DNA of 48,937 bases. It comes from Octopus bimaculoides (Eukaryota). The stretch lies in NCBI RefSeq assembly GCF_001194135.2, contig NC_068985.1, forward strand, positions 71,006,526 to 71,055,462, written 5' to 3'. The notes under the pieces are model-generated. The model saw nothing but the letters and a program-made list of their open reading frames with translations, ran no database searches and was not told where the DNA came from. The position numbers were made by a program, and so were the translations under genes. Shown one piece after another: positions 1 to 12,159 of this stretch. Numbering within the stretch: position 1 is the stretch's first letter; every line of letters starts with the position of its first letter.

Positions 1-22
1 ATATATATATATATATATATAT

Positions 23-164
23 ACGACCGGCTTCTTTCAGTTTCCGTCTACCAAATCCACTCAGAAGGTTTTGGCCGGCCCGAGGCTATAGTAGAAGACA
101 CTTGCCCAATGTTCCACCCGGGACCATGTGGTTCGTAAGCAAGCTACTTACCACACAGCCACTC
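23..164 (-). mobile_element. tRNA-derived SINE family A (CORE-like), head and core
   Basis: Reverse strand reads gagtggctgtgtggtaagtagcttgc...ttgggcaagtgtcttctactatagcctcggg...ggatttggtagacggaaactgaaagaagcc. It is near-identical to copies at 23624 and 44388. The ttgggcaagt block resembles the CORE-SINE domain. Confidence 0.85.
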
Positions 165-233
165 ATACGTTTGGTAAAAAAGATCTCAACACAAACACAC
201 ACACAGACGTAAAAAGCGCAATTATAGTATAGA

Positions 234-301
234 TAATAATAATAATAACAACAACAACAACAACAACAACAACAATAAAAATATATTATTAATAAAAATA
301 T

Positions 302-341
<40 letters not shown>
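234..341. repeat. (AAT)n/(AAC)n microsatellite
   Basis: Directly visible trinucleotide runs. Confidence 0.97.
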
Positions 342-1145
342 TTAATCAAACATTCAATGATGAAGGAACATATCAGAAGAGAATGTTATCGCAGGGTAAG
401 GTCAATACTCAAGACAGAGCTGGATGCAAGAAACAGGATCGAAGTCATCAATACTTTAGCCATACCGTTCGTGACTTACAGTTTCAATATCATTAACTGG
501 TGAATTACTGAATTATATAATCTTGACAGAAAAATACTATGGCAAATACCCAAAGAGAGCCCTTACTCCTCAATGGTTAGTGTCGTCTAGCTTAAAATCA
601 GAGACAGAAGGGTTTATCATAGCAGCCCAGGATCAATGCCTACCTACAAGGACCTACTGGGTCAACATATTAAAGAACGGCAGTAGCCCAACATCTCGTG
701 TATGTAAACAAGGAAATGAAACTCTCGATCATGTTGTCTCCATGTGCAATCTTCTTGCGCCTACAGAGTATTTCAACAGGCATGATAGAGCAGCACAGTA
801 TATCCACTGGGTAATTTGCAAAAAGTAGGACCTGCCCCATAATAAAAATAGGTGGGAACACAAACCACCTCTAGTACTTGAAAATGATCACATCTCACAC
901 TTCTGGAAGATCACAGTTCAAACTGACAGAAAGATAGGCCAGACATTATATTGAAGATCAAGCCTCCTCGTTGATATGACTGTCCCAATCGATATAAATG
1001 TATCTGTCAAGACCTACCAAAAATTGAGCAATTATAAAGATCTTGAAGTAGAAATCGGCAAAATGTGGAACCTCAAGACTAAAACAATATCTATTGTTAT
1101 AGGTGCCCTAGGAATGATAGCAAAACGGGCTGATAGTTACCTAGA
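342..1145 (+). mobile_element. R4/Dong-type (RLE) non-LTR retrotransposon fragment: RT C-terminus, Cys/His knuckle region and RLE; degenerate
   Basis: Translates to KSETEGFIIAAQDQCL...ETLDHVVSMC...RHD, then PDIILK and YKDLEVEIGKMWNLKTKTISIVIGALGMI, with stops and frameshifts. These motifs are typical of RLE-class LINE ORF ends. Confidence 0.85.
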
Positions 1146-1256
1146 GGTGATGCATGTGCCTGGTGTACCCTTATCAGACGGGTAGTCATGATGGGTATAA
1201 TGGGCTTCGTATATTTTACCCCAGTGTCACTTTGATGGCATGCACTGCTCTCTCAC

Positions 1257-1307
<51 letters not shown>

Positions 1308-1310
1308 TTG
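1146..1310 (+). mobile_element. Short 3' end of an unidentified retroposon with (AAT)n tail, replacing the end of the R4 ORF
   Basis: The R4 protein match stops abruptly at about 1145. About 110 bp of unrelated sequence then runs into an (AAT)n tail. Confidence 0.4.
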
Positions 1311-1423
1311 TTGTTGATGTTGTTGATGATGATTATGATGATGACGACCACGACCACGACCACGACCAAGACCACGACCACGACGATGATGACGACGATG
1401 ATGATGATGATGATGATGACGAC

Positions 1424-1479
<56 letters not shown>

Positions 1480-1483
1480 CGAC
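1258..1483. repeat. Compound microsatellite (AAT)n-(GTT/GAT)n-(GACCAC)n-(GAT)n
   Basis: Directly visible. Confidence 0.97.
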
Positions 1484-2554
1484 GTGATAGAAATAAAATG
1501 TCAAATGTTATTATGTGTGACTTTTAGCCCACCATGTATATACAATGTATGATGTACTAAAATATTTGACAGAAAACTGCGTTAAAAAAAAAATTATAGG
1601 CCATTGACTGTTATTATGTTTCTTTCTAGAAAAGTACTGGAAACGATTGTGGAGGTGAATTGGTTTTATTACGATATCGTTAGGGTAGTTATAGCTTACT
1701 GCGTAGTTGCTGAAGTATGATGAAAGTGTCAGTCAGAAAATTTACAATCGTTCATTGGTTAAGGTACGAAATATAGAATTGCTTCGTTCATAATTCTGTT
1801 CTTCACTTTAATATCCAAAATAGTGTAGATCAAGTTTCAAGCGATTCGGCAACTCCATTCTTTAATAGAAATGCCGGAATTGGAAGCAATCCGTTTATTA
1901 AATTTATTACATAGGTATACGCATACAAAAAAATACAGATACAATAATAAATGACTATAAATTGAAGAGGATGACGAAATTCCACGTAGATATAAAGTTT
2001 CAGTCATAAAGTCCGTACGTAGAAGGATCTTTACTATTTTCCTTTACAAAAGCAGCAGAAATAACAGATATTCAAAATAATTTAGTAGGCCAGATTATAC
2101 ACTAACAACACAGAAATAATCCAATACAATAAATTCAATAGATAACTACCAGTAAAAAAAGAAAAGAGACTACATATTAAGTGTATTATATGAACGAAAT
2201 AAATTTTCGTTATAGAATAGACGAACATATTATCAAGATGCTCATTAAACAGAAAACCATATATTACGCCCAATCATAAAATGGTGCTAACAATATATTG
2301 CAAGAACTCGAAAACTAGAAATCTCCTCATCAACTGCATGCTTGCAAGTAGTCATTAAACTAGCTTCCGATAACCAATCTAGTTTACAAATTCAGATGTA
2401 AACATGTTAAGTTATAAACTTCGTGAATGTAACTAGCCAGACATGTACCACATTTTCTTTTCAGTTTGACTATGCGACTGCAATATGGAACTGATGCAAC
2501 ATAGTATAACAACACACCAAAAGATTATGTCAATTATCCTCCGAGCTACTATTC

Positions 2555-2620
2555 AACCTGCTAGAGATGGTAGGGAAACCTACCTCAGATCACACTATGT
2601 GGTATAATGTTAAATATAGA
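2555..2620. repeat. Dispersed repeat fragment related to 40738-40800
   Basis: acctgctagagatggtagggaaacctacctcagatcac resembles acctgttagaaatagcaaccacatctccttcagataac at about 40745. ggagatttggctg at about 11285 is the reverse complement of the same motif. Confidence 0.4.
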
Positions 2621-5600
2621 ATGTATCCGTGAATACATACGCATGTTATCAAAAAAAAAAAAGGATGACTACCAATAGAACGCCCTTTATTCCTTTATTA
2701 TAAGATTTTTTTATCTGGGGATAAACAACTCAGTTATCTAAAATGTAATTTAGTTGCCAACAATAAAATTTGGTCATGAGCACTCTAATAATTGCGAAAT
2801 ACAACGTAAATGACAATAAACTTTGAATGTAAGTGTATATAATAAACTTAAATCAGATAAAATAGTATATTATTGTTATGAGTGCTGAAAGAAACCCGAC
2901 ATAGAACTCAGTTTAATTTTTGGTTGGTCATAATGAATGGAAGACAGGCGCTAATGAGTCTTCTGAATATTACCTACAATAAAAATATAAAAGCGATGAC
3001 ACAAAAGAGATTGATATAAATTTCCATCAAATCACATCTTATTTAAATTAGAATAATGTGATCGTAAATACACCGAAATGATGCGATGGCGTCGACTGAA
3101 ATATCTTTGAACATTGATCGGTACGATTAGTGTTGACCTGTGGTTAAACAATAAGTTATAAAATACGACACCAAAATCATTTCACTGAGAAGATAAGACA
3201 AGCAAGATTACCTAAATTGACCTCCAGAACATACTGTATAAAACAATATAAATGTCTACTGACGAATTCAAGATCTTAGATAACAATCATATTTTCTAAT
3301 ATTAAATGTTTTAATAAAGTTGTTGCTTATATTCTTTAGAGCATTCCCTATTAGATCAATTTCTTTCAAAAAATTGGTAGTAATATTTGAAAATGTGCAC
3401 CCCAACGCTATTGTAATCCTTCATAGCTCAACTGTCTTCTGACAATGTATATTTTAGATCCTTAAAGTATGATGGCATGGAGAATTTGGCGATGGGTGTG
3501 AGTCTGAAAGTGCTGAAAACCTTTTTGATAAAACTCTGTCCGACAGAGGTGCAGAAAAAAAGTAGTTGGTGAATGGATGTGGGTAGGAACTGTACTTGAC
3601 AGAATTATGTTTGACTGAGCAGTCCTATCAAAAGACTGAGCTGCTCACTCTAGCTTCGGAATGACCTAACAAGTCTTACAAGAATCGTTCCTCCGGTTCA
3701 GTCCCAGGAGAAGAAGACGTATCGACACATTCTACAGAACGGTCGAAAACATCAAAACAAAAGGTGACACTTAGGCTTGTCACCTAAAATATACAGACTC
3801 CTTGACTTGAACAATTTGATTGACTCTAGTATAAGACAACTATTGCAACCAAAAAAGTTGAGACATTATTGTGAAGCTATTGCAGCACACACTGAGACCT
3901 GGATACTTAGAGAGGAGCTCGCTTAACGACGTAGGTTAAGGCAGATGTTTTCTTCTGGATGGACTAAACTGAAGATATGAGCATTAGCGGCATGGAATGC
4001 AAGAAAATACTCTTCCATAAACTATGTCACTTGTTGGTATCTGTGAGCCGCTAATGTCATTTCGTATTTCTGTTACTGACCAATGGCACTTTACTGAGAG
4101 CCAATGTACCTATTCTGCTATCTGATAATCAGAACAAGAACCACCTCTATTAGAACTTTATTAAGCAATCACTCAGACGCCAAACAGGACAGGATTGGCT
4201 TTACGGGTGAATTAAATCCAAGAGTAATGAGGAATAAAAATTATCATCGGTTCGTGAGGCCAGCGTTGAGAAAACTGACAATGCAACATGCTTCGTTTTC
4301 TGTATAAAGACACGATTTCACCAACGTCAGCACATCGATGTCACATCATTGGCGTCTCGTTGACTACTTCAATAATCCAGCGAGTAGCTTTCGTGTGTAT
4401 TATCACACCAGTGCAATGATAAGAGTTGCCGAGTGTTAGAATGACTATCGCATGATAGTAAGAAACGGTTAGGTTACAAGTGCATCTCTTACGATACAAA
4501 GAACATCAACCATTCGAAACAACGTATCATTATCATGAAGATCCCTTAACTGATGCAGCCAGTCGTTGGGGCACCACTCACGACTCTTTCGTATTCAGCC
4601 ATCACCATTTGTGCTATTACTTATCCAGTCCTTGTTGTCGAACCAGAATTTTCTCTATCTTACTCACTTTCGGCTGCCCTTGTCTGTGCCCTGAAGAATA
4701 GTTTTGGGTAGGGAGTTGTGGCGGCATACATGACAGTACCAGGCAAGCTTCCGTCATTTTACCTGCACAAAGAATGGTTCCTCTCTGCCAGAGCATATGT
4801 TGACTTGCTGCCTGACAAAGTTGTTCCTTTTCTGCTCTGTGCAAGGGGTGTGTCATAGCATGGTTATAAATGCATAAGTATTTAGATATACATATATCTT
4901 TCAGATGTGCTAATCTTTGGCATGTGTTGGGAATCTTTTTAGACCTGGCGGAGGTCATCTCTCCCCGTGTCAGAACGCAACCGGTTTCTTCTAGAAAGAG
5001 AAAATATGTGGAAGAAAAACAGACAGGCAGACAGAAAGAAAGAAGAAAAGAAAGAAGAGAAGTATCGACCTCATTACCGAAATGATGCGTTATTGGACAC
5101 CGAATGTTTGGAGAGAAAGGTTGTCATCAAGAATCAGAATTTACTCCGAGGCAGTCTATTCAACGATCTAATGACACAATTAAGTTGCTTCTAGTAAGTG
5201 TGTGTGTGTATGTGTGCAGTGTACGCCCGTGTGTATGTGTGTGCGCATATAAACTCGTGCATTTGCATTCTGACATATTTATCAATATAGAAACATATAT
5301 ATATGCATATAGGTATTTTGTTTTTGTTTTTGTTTTTTTCTTTTTTGCGCTAGCAAACCAACAACGTAAAGAAATCGTTATACATTGGAGATAGAAATAA
5401 TTATTCGGTTAAATACATGACATATTCGGTTAAATACACGACAAAATATTTCCTACCTTTCATATAATTTAAAGTGGTGCATTTTTAAGAAATTCAGGGG
5501 AAATCAATCATTTTATCGATTATTCAACCGGAATATATTTTAAAATGTGTATGTATGTATATATATGCACATATGAATTAAGTGAATATACACAGACACA

Positions 5601-5733
5601 AACACACATACATACAGACACACACACATGCACACAAGCACTCATACACAGATATTGTATCGGCGGGAGAGGATGTTTGTGTACGTATAATTTTATATAT
5701 ATATAAAATTTATATATATATATATATATATAT

Positions 5734-6572
5734 NNNNNNNNNNNNNNNNNNNNNNNNNNNNNNNNNNNNNNNNNNNNNNNNNNNNNNNNNNNNNNNNNNN
5801 NNNNNNNNNNNNNNNNNNNNNNNNNNNNNNNNNNNNNNNNNNNNNNNNNNNNNNNNNNNNNNNNNNNNNNNNNNNNNNNNNNNNNNNNNNNNNNNNNNNN
5901 NNNNNNNNNNNNNNNNNNNNNNNNNNNNNNNNNNNNNNNNNNNNNNNNNNNNNNNNNNNNNNNNNNNNNNNNNNNNNNNNNNNNNNNNNNNNNNNNNNNN
6001 NNNNNNNNNNNNNNNNNNNNNNNNNNNNNNNNNNNNNNNNNNNNNNNNNNNNNNNNNNNNNNNNNNNNNNNNNNNNNNNNNNNNNNNNNNNNNNNNNNNN
6101 NNNNNNNNNNNNNNNNNNNNNNNNNNNNNNNNNNNNNNNNNNNNNNNNNNNNNNNNNNNNNNNNNNNNNNNNNNNNNNNNNNNNNNNNNNNNNNNNNNNN
6201 NNNNNNNNNNNNNNNNNNNNNNNNNNNNNNNNNNNNNNNNNNNNNNNNNNNNNNNNNNNNNNNNNNNNNNNNNNNNNNNNNNNNNNNNNNNNNNNNNNNN
6301 NNNNNNNNNNNNNNNNNNNNNNNNNNNNNNNNNNNNNNNNNNNNNNNNNNNNNNNNNNNNNNNNNNNNNNNNNNNNNNNNNNNNNNNNNNNNNNNNNNNN
6401 NNNNNNNNNNNNNNNNNNNNNNNNNNNNNNNNNNNNNNNNNNNNNNNNNNNNNNNNNNNNNNNNNNNNNNNNNNNNNNNNNNNNNNNNNNNNNNNNNNNN
6501 NNNNNNNNNNNNNNNNNNNNNNNNNNNNNNNNNNNNNNNNNNNNNNNNNNNNNNNNNNNNNNNNNNNNNNNN
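5734..6572. other. Assembly gap flanked by (AT)n/(ATAC)n microsatellites
   Basis: Run of N. Confidence 1.
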
Positions 6573-6616
<44 letters not shown>

Positions 6617-6653
6617 CTATGTATGTACATATATATATACATACATACATACA

Positions 6654-6688
<35 letters not shown>

Positions 6689-6829
6689 GTCTGTATGTAT
6701 GCATATATATATACACATATATACGTACGCATGCACACAAGCACACACAGACACACACAAACACACACATATACACTCACATATATACGCTTGTGCAGAT
6801 ATGTGTATGTACAGATGTGTGCGTACGTA

Positions 6830-6831
<2 letters not shown>

Positions 6832-6868
<37 letters not shown>
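6832..6868. repeat. (GA)n microsatellite
   Basis: Directly visible. Confidence 0.97.
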
Positions 6869-6873
<5 letters not shown>

Positions 6874-7167
6874 TGCGGGGATTTCTTAATACGTCTTTCA
6901 TTAAAGGTTTTCAGTATGCAACGCATACACAGTACTCAATCATCTGTCTGTAAAGCTAAAATATAATGTAATCTAATATGCAAGCCAGTATATACATGTA
7001 TGAATACACTAATTAGTACGAATATTAGTATTTTAAAAACTATCACTCTTCCTCAGAAACGTTGTTGTGCTATTGATTTGCAATTAAATCACATCAGTCG
7101 TCAATACCTACAAAGGTTTTTGAAATATTGTTTTCAGATCATTCTAAATAGTAGTAGAGGTTATTCC

Positions 7168-7169
<2 letters not shown>

Positions 7170-7236
<67 letters not shown>

Positions 7237-7640
7237 GAGTAGTAGTAGTAGTAGTAGTAGGAGGAGGAGGAGGAGGAGGAGNNNNNNNNNNNNNNNNNNN
7301 NNNNNNNNNNNNNNNNNNNNNNNNNNNNNNNNNNNNNNNNNNNNNNNNNNNNNNNNNNNNNNNNNNNNNNNNNNNNNNNNNNNNNNNNNNNNNNNNNNNN
7401 NNNNNNNNNNNNNNNNNNNNNNNNNNNNNNNNNNNNNNNNNNNNNNNNNNNNNNNNNNNNNNNNNNNNNNNNNNNNNNNNNNNNNNNNNNNNNNNNNNNN
7501 NNNNNNNNNNNNNNNNNNNNNNNNNNNNNNNNNNNNNNNNNNNNNNNNNNNNNNNNNNNNNNNNNNNNNNNNNNNNNNNNNNNNNNNNNNNNNNNNNNNA
7601 TTATGAGGAGGAGGAGGAGGAGGAGGAGGAGGAGGAGGAG
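7170..7640. repeat. (TAG)n/(GAG)n microsatellite spanning assembly gap 7282-7599
   Basis: Directly visible repeats on both sides of the N run. Confidence 0.95.
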
Positions 7641-7652
7641 CGGGAAGATTTA

Positions 7653-7717
7653 AAATTCTGGCACAAGGCCAGCAGTTTCGAGGGATAGATTAAGTCGAAC
7701 TGGTAGTATTTTATCGG
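7653..7717 (-). mobile_element. SINE family B 3' fragment
   Basis: aaattctggcacaaggccagcag...ctggtagtattttatcg matches the ends of the copies at 46612 and 47908. Confidence 0.6.
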
Positions 7718-7949
7718 CATCACTTGGAACAGCACGCATATTGCCTAAATTACTGACGATCTGGTGTCCTTGTTGTGACCTGACAAACTGTACAAACCTC
7801 CGGTAGACACAATATTTTTAATCAGTAACATCACGATATATCTGAGGAATTGTGATTAAAAGATCATCAACTGAATATATGAGGAATTGTGAATAAAAGA
7901 TTAAAAGAAAAAATCCTACACGGAGAGTTTTTCTAACATATAGCAGTTG

Positions 7950-8570
7950 AAACTGATGAAGAATCCTGGAGATGCTCAAGATCAAGCTTTACGAACCAAC
8001 TCAATCAAGTGTAGCAACACCTTTGTGTAGACTATTTGGAAAATCATCTGAGATACTTAATTGGTGGATGCTCAACACTAGTCCGAAAAGAGTATTAAAA
8101 AAACGCCAAAGAAGCAGTGCGAATATACTGAAAGTTGTGCAAGAAGAATGGGCTAGATATTCCAGCGAGTGGTATGAACATCAACCTTTGCTAGCACCAG
8201 GGAATAATCAGGTAGAATTCACATGGGATATGCCGTTATACACAGACATAAAGCTGCAACATAACCGACCAGATATTGCTATCTTACAGAAGGAGTCTAA
8301 AGAATGGGCCTTCATCGATGTAGCTATACCTGTAGACTAGAATATTGTGAGGGTATCAGGTGAGAAAGAAAGGAAGTAACAAGACCTAGCATTGGAAGTT
8401 AAATAAATCCATAGAATCTCGAAAGTGAGCGTGTTACCTATTGTGATCGGTGCACTTAAGACCATCTCAAAGAGAGCAATATTCTGACATCAAAAGCTGG
8501 AAATACCAAACTTTTTATGAAGTATCCAGATGGCTCAATACTTGGAATAGTGCATGGGTACGAGAGATGC
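7950..8570 (+). mobile_element. R4/Dong-type RLE LINE fragment (endonuclease domain), degenerate
   Basis: Translates to WYEHQP...FTWDMPLYTDIKLQHNRPDIAIL...FIDVAIPVD, then QDLALEVK and VLPIVIGALKTI: a PD-(D/E)xK restriction-like endonuclease signature. Confidence 0.85.
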
Positions 8571-8699
8571 TGAAAAGTTCCTGGCTTTAAGGCTATCACG
8601 AAAGAGTATAGCTGTTACCTTTACAGGAGTGGTAGAACAACTATTTAAGAGCAACTATGCAAAAATCATGATGTATACAATATATCTTTCTCTTTTTTG

Positions 8700-9420
8700 C
8701 AGATTTAACGTATAGTAACATCTCATACACCGGATTTCGGTAAGATTGCGGCCATGAAGTTGCTCTCTTTACAAGGCAAAGGAGCGGTGGAAGTTCATGG
8801 CAAGATGAAGGACGTCTTGGAGGATGTCTGCCCATCTTAATCCCCAGGGACAATCTAGGTGACAATCAATGGAGTGGCACTACAGCGGTTCACGGCGTCC
8901 TAAGAAGTTTCGGATCCAGATGTCAACTCATAAGATTCTGGCTTCAGTGTTCAGAGACAAAGACGAAGCACTCTTCATAAAATACCTGCCAGAGGATCGC
9001 AGAATCAACGCAGAATACTACATGTTTCTGTTGGACAAACTGCGTGAAGCTTTGAAGCTGAAACACTGTGGTAAGCTGAGCTGTGGTGTCCGGTTTTTGC
9101 AGGAGCCTGCACCAGCACACTCAGCACATAAAACTCGACGGAAAATGAGCGACTTTGACTTCGAATCGTTAGACCACCCACTTTACCCTCCTGACTCGTC
9201 CTCCACTGACTATCACGTGACGCGTCTTCCACTGACTATTCCACAACTGAAGAAACATCTCAAAGGAAAGAAATTTCACTCCGATTCGGAAGTGATCGCT
9301 GCTACGGAGGCATGGGTAGAGCCCCAACCTTCCGAGTTCTTTTTCTGGCCTTAGGAAAACTGAAGGACCGCTGCAATAAGATGGATGAATTTGAGAGGGG
9401 AATATGTTGAATAAAATCTT
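8700..9420 (+). mobile_element. mariner (DD34D-type) transposase pseudogene with internal deletion
   Basis: N-terminus MKLLSLQGKGAVEVHGKMKDVLEDVCPS (8754) jumps to SMEWHYSGSRRPKKF...INAEYY...FLQEPAPAHSA...LDHPLYPPDSSSTDYH (a decayed HPPYSPDLAPSDY)...LKKHLKGKKFHSDSEV. TIRs were not confidently found. Confidence 0.88.
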
Positions 9421-9530
9421 AATATGCAACACAATACACTTGATCGCTATAAACGAATCAGTTGTGGTGCAGGGTGTTCGGCAAAAGCTGAACACTCAAA
9501 CGACGTCCTCGACGAGAGAGTCCATTACCG

Positions 9531-9597
<67 letters not shown>

Positions 9598-9670
9598 GAT
9601 TATTTTTAGCAATTCTAGTAGTAGTAGTTGTTGTTGTTGTTGTAGTAGCAGCAGCAGCACCACCACCACC

Positions 9671-9734
<64 letters not shown>

Positions 9735-9789
9735 CCATTGCTGTAGGTTTTGCGGTTTTAGTAGTTATTCTTCTTATTGCTGTTACTAC

Positions 9790-9836
<47 letters not shown>
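9531..9836. repeat. Compound microsatellite (CAT)n, (TAG/TTG/CAG/CAC)n, (ATT)n
   Basis: Directly visible; it explains the poly-I/H/S/L ORFs. Confidence 0.97.
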
Positions 9837-9837
<1 letters not shown>

Positions 9838-12159
9838 AAACATGAGAGAAGGCGGTGCGTTGTGCCACAATATGAAACCATTATTATAAACATGAGTGAT
9901 ATAGTTATGTTGTTATTACCCAGATAATTTCAATGTCGAAAGCTTCCCGTGTTTAAAATGTCTGCAGATATTTTTTTCCTTCTTGACTATTTTGTGTATG
10001 ATTGCTCTTGAGCGCGTGTGCGTGTGTATATCTTTGTGCGTGTGTATGTATCTGTCTGTGAGAGTGTGCAAGACACTGGATTGGCTGAATTATTGCTGAC
10101 GTCATAAATAGGCAAACAATTGCATGTATGTAGATCGATAAAGCAAGAGGGAAGTGAAAAAGCGAGAGCGAAACAGACGCCATTCATGTGAGGGAAACAG
10201 GGAGAAAGGAAAAAAGTGGCAAGGTAGATGAAAGACAGAGTAAGGGATCAAATAATGTTTCTGACTTTTTTGGCCCTTAAGTTTACATAGAATATATCTA
10301 TATTGTGTGTGTAAGTAGGTAGAAAACTGGGGTGTTGACATGTATATGTTAATCGCTTGTCACACAACCATGTCGTGCGCGTGAGTACTATCAAAATGTT
10401 ATGTTGATTCGAAACACATTAAAATAATGTATTTATATATTGTTTTTCCCTTTTTCAATAACCAGCCAAGCATATCATCTTCATTGCCTTTGTGCATGAA
10501 TACCAATGCCGTGTTAGAAATGCAATGCAGCAATTTCTAGCTTACAATTTATTTTCATAACCAAGATGATATATTTATTCGAACACTGCTTTATTATCGA
10601 GCATCTTCGCATTGTACCTGGAGATATTACTGGATTTGTCCTGCACGCCTCTGAAAATGACCAGGTTATCAGCTTCACATTTTGTGAATCCTGAGGTATC
10701 TTGTTATGCCAATTTTGTTCAGAAACCCGTGGTTATAGTCAGGATGGGTGGGACTCATGCATTCCTGCACCCACCTCATTTTAGCTTCTCTAATCATATA
10801 TGATTCTGAGTACAAAGCACAGTGAGCTGTCTCGAGCAGGATGGTCCTAAAGGGACTACTCTAAGTTACACTTTTAAGGCTGTTTTGAGGGTTTCTTTGC
10901 ATCACTTCTTTGGTCTACTATGTGACTGAGAGCCAACTGCTATTTCATTAAAGAAGATCTCTTTGGGACGTCTGGCGTCTGGCATGCGCGCTATATTCCC
11001 ACGCTACCGCATCTGGAATTTATTTAACTAAAAAAGAAAAGGTCAGCAAACGTTGGAAAATTTGTATATTGTTTATCCCCATCACCTGAAATGTTTCTTC
11101 TTAAGGATGTTCGCTCTCATACAAAATGTGAAGACGAACACCATTTCTCTACCTTAAAGAGAAGCATGTTTCAGATGATGTCTACCATTAAATGATGACC
11201 AATGTGAAGCAACTGCGTTGAAGACTGGCTTGTTACAATCACCTGGCATTTCGATTGAAATGTGTTGAAATACTAAAAGTTAAAGGAGATTTGGCTGTTG
11301 GTATTAAGCATCAAGTGTTGCAACATAGCGATGAGGTGATCATTCCTTTTAGTTATCTTATCTTCTCCTTGGCTCTCACTGTTACTGAAGACAAAGTTCT
11401 AGCAATGAGGGAAGACAAATAGCATAAGTCATATACTTATCTCAGAGTAACCGGTCTTAAGGTAAATAACCGAGCTTCAACGTGAGCTTCGTTACGGAGC
11501 TAATTCTTCGGTTCCAGATATCTGAAAGTGAGTCAAAGGTACTAAGGTTTTCTACATAATTCTAATGACATCCGTTAGAAAACAATATGAATTACTTTTA
11601 CTTGATTCAGATGGAGGCAAAAATTATAGTATTTCTGAAGAATATTGTATAAAACTGGATCCAGTTTTATTGTATAATATCGTCGTAATTTCAGTATTGT
11701 CTGGAAATAAAACACTTCACTGTTTCACAGTACATTCATAGATGTAATATTAACAAAGGGGCAGGGACAAGAGAAATGCTACTTTGGTATTTGAAGATAA
11801 TTTGAGATGAGTGCATAATGAGGTAGGGACGATTATTACCCACAGGAAGCCTCGGACCTCCCGACACTACCGGTTGGGACGCTACCATAATTATGATGAT
11901 AGGTTAAACTTCAGCGTATTAAATTGCATACAAGTCTACGTGATAACGGTGATCAACTTATTGAAACACGTGTACATTATGTAAAGAACATATACCAGTT
12001 ACGTTTTCTGTGTTTACATGTACACACACATATATACACACATGCACGCATATTCTCGTTTGAATATGCATTTTTTTTATTTATATATTCATTGATATAT
12101 GCGTATATCTAGTATATATGCATATACAAATATGAATATGTATATATATTTCTTGTTAC

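Noticed and set aside
1154-1552. Poly-N/D/I/M ORFs (also 9404-9889, 20147-20657, 20882-21194, 29738-30843, 37311-38448)
   Set aside because: These are translations of microsatellites or CT tracts with no splice or homology support.
4725-4870. GKLPSFYLHKEWFLSARAYVDLLPDKVVP resembling a Tc1 transposase segment
   Set aside because: Too short and divergent, with no TIRs or catalytic motif to support it.
5402-5443. Short local tandem duplications (also 7840-7893, 15219-15256, 36258-36318, 46826-46878)
   Set aside because: Two- to three-copy slippage-type duplications with no further structure.
5520-6901. Long ORFs of 300-460 aa here and at 15660-19966 and 41326-42431
   Set aside because: They are open only because they run through N gaps and dinucleotide repeats; the real parts are TE fragments listed separately.
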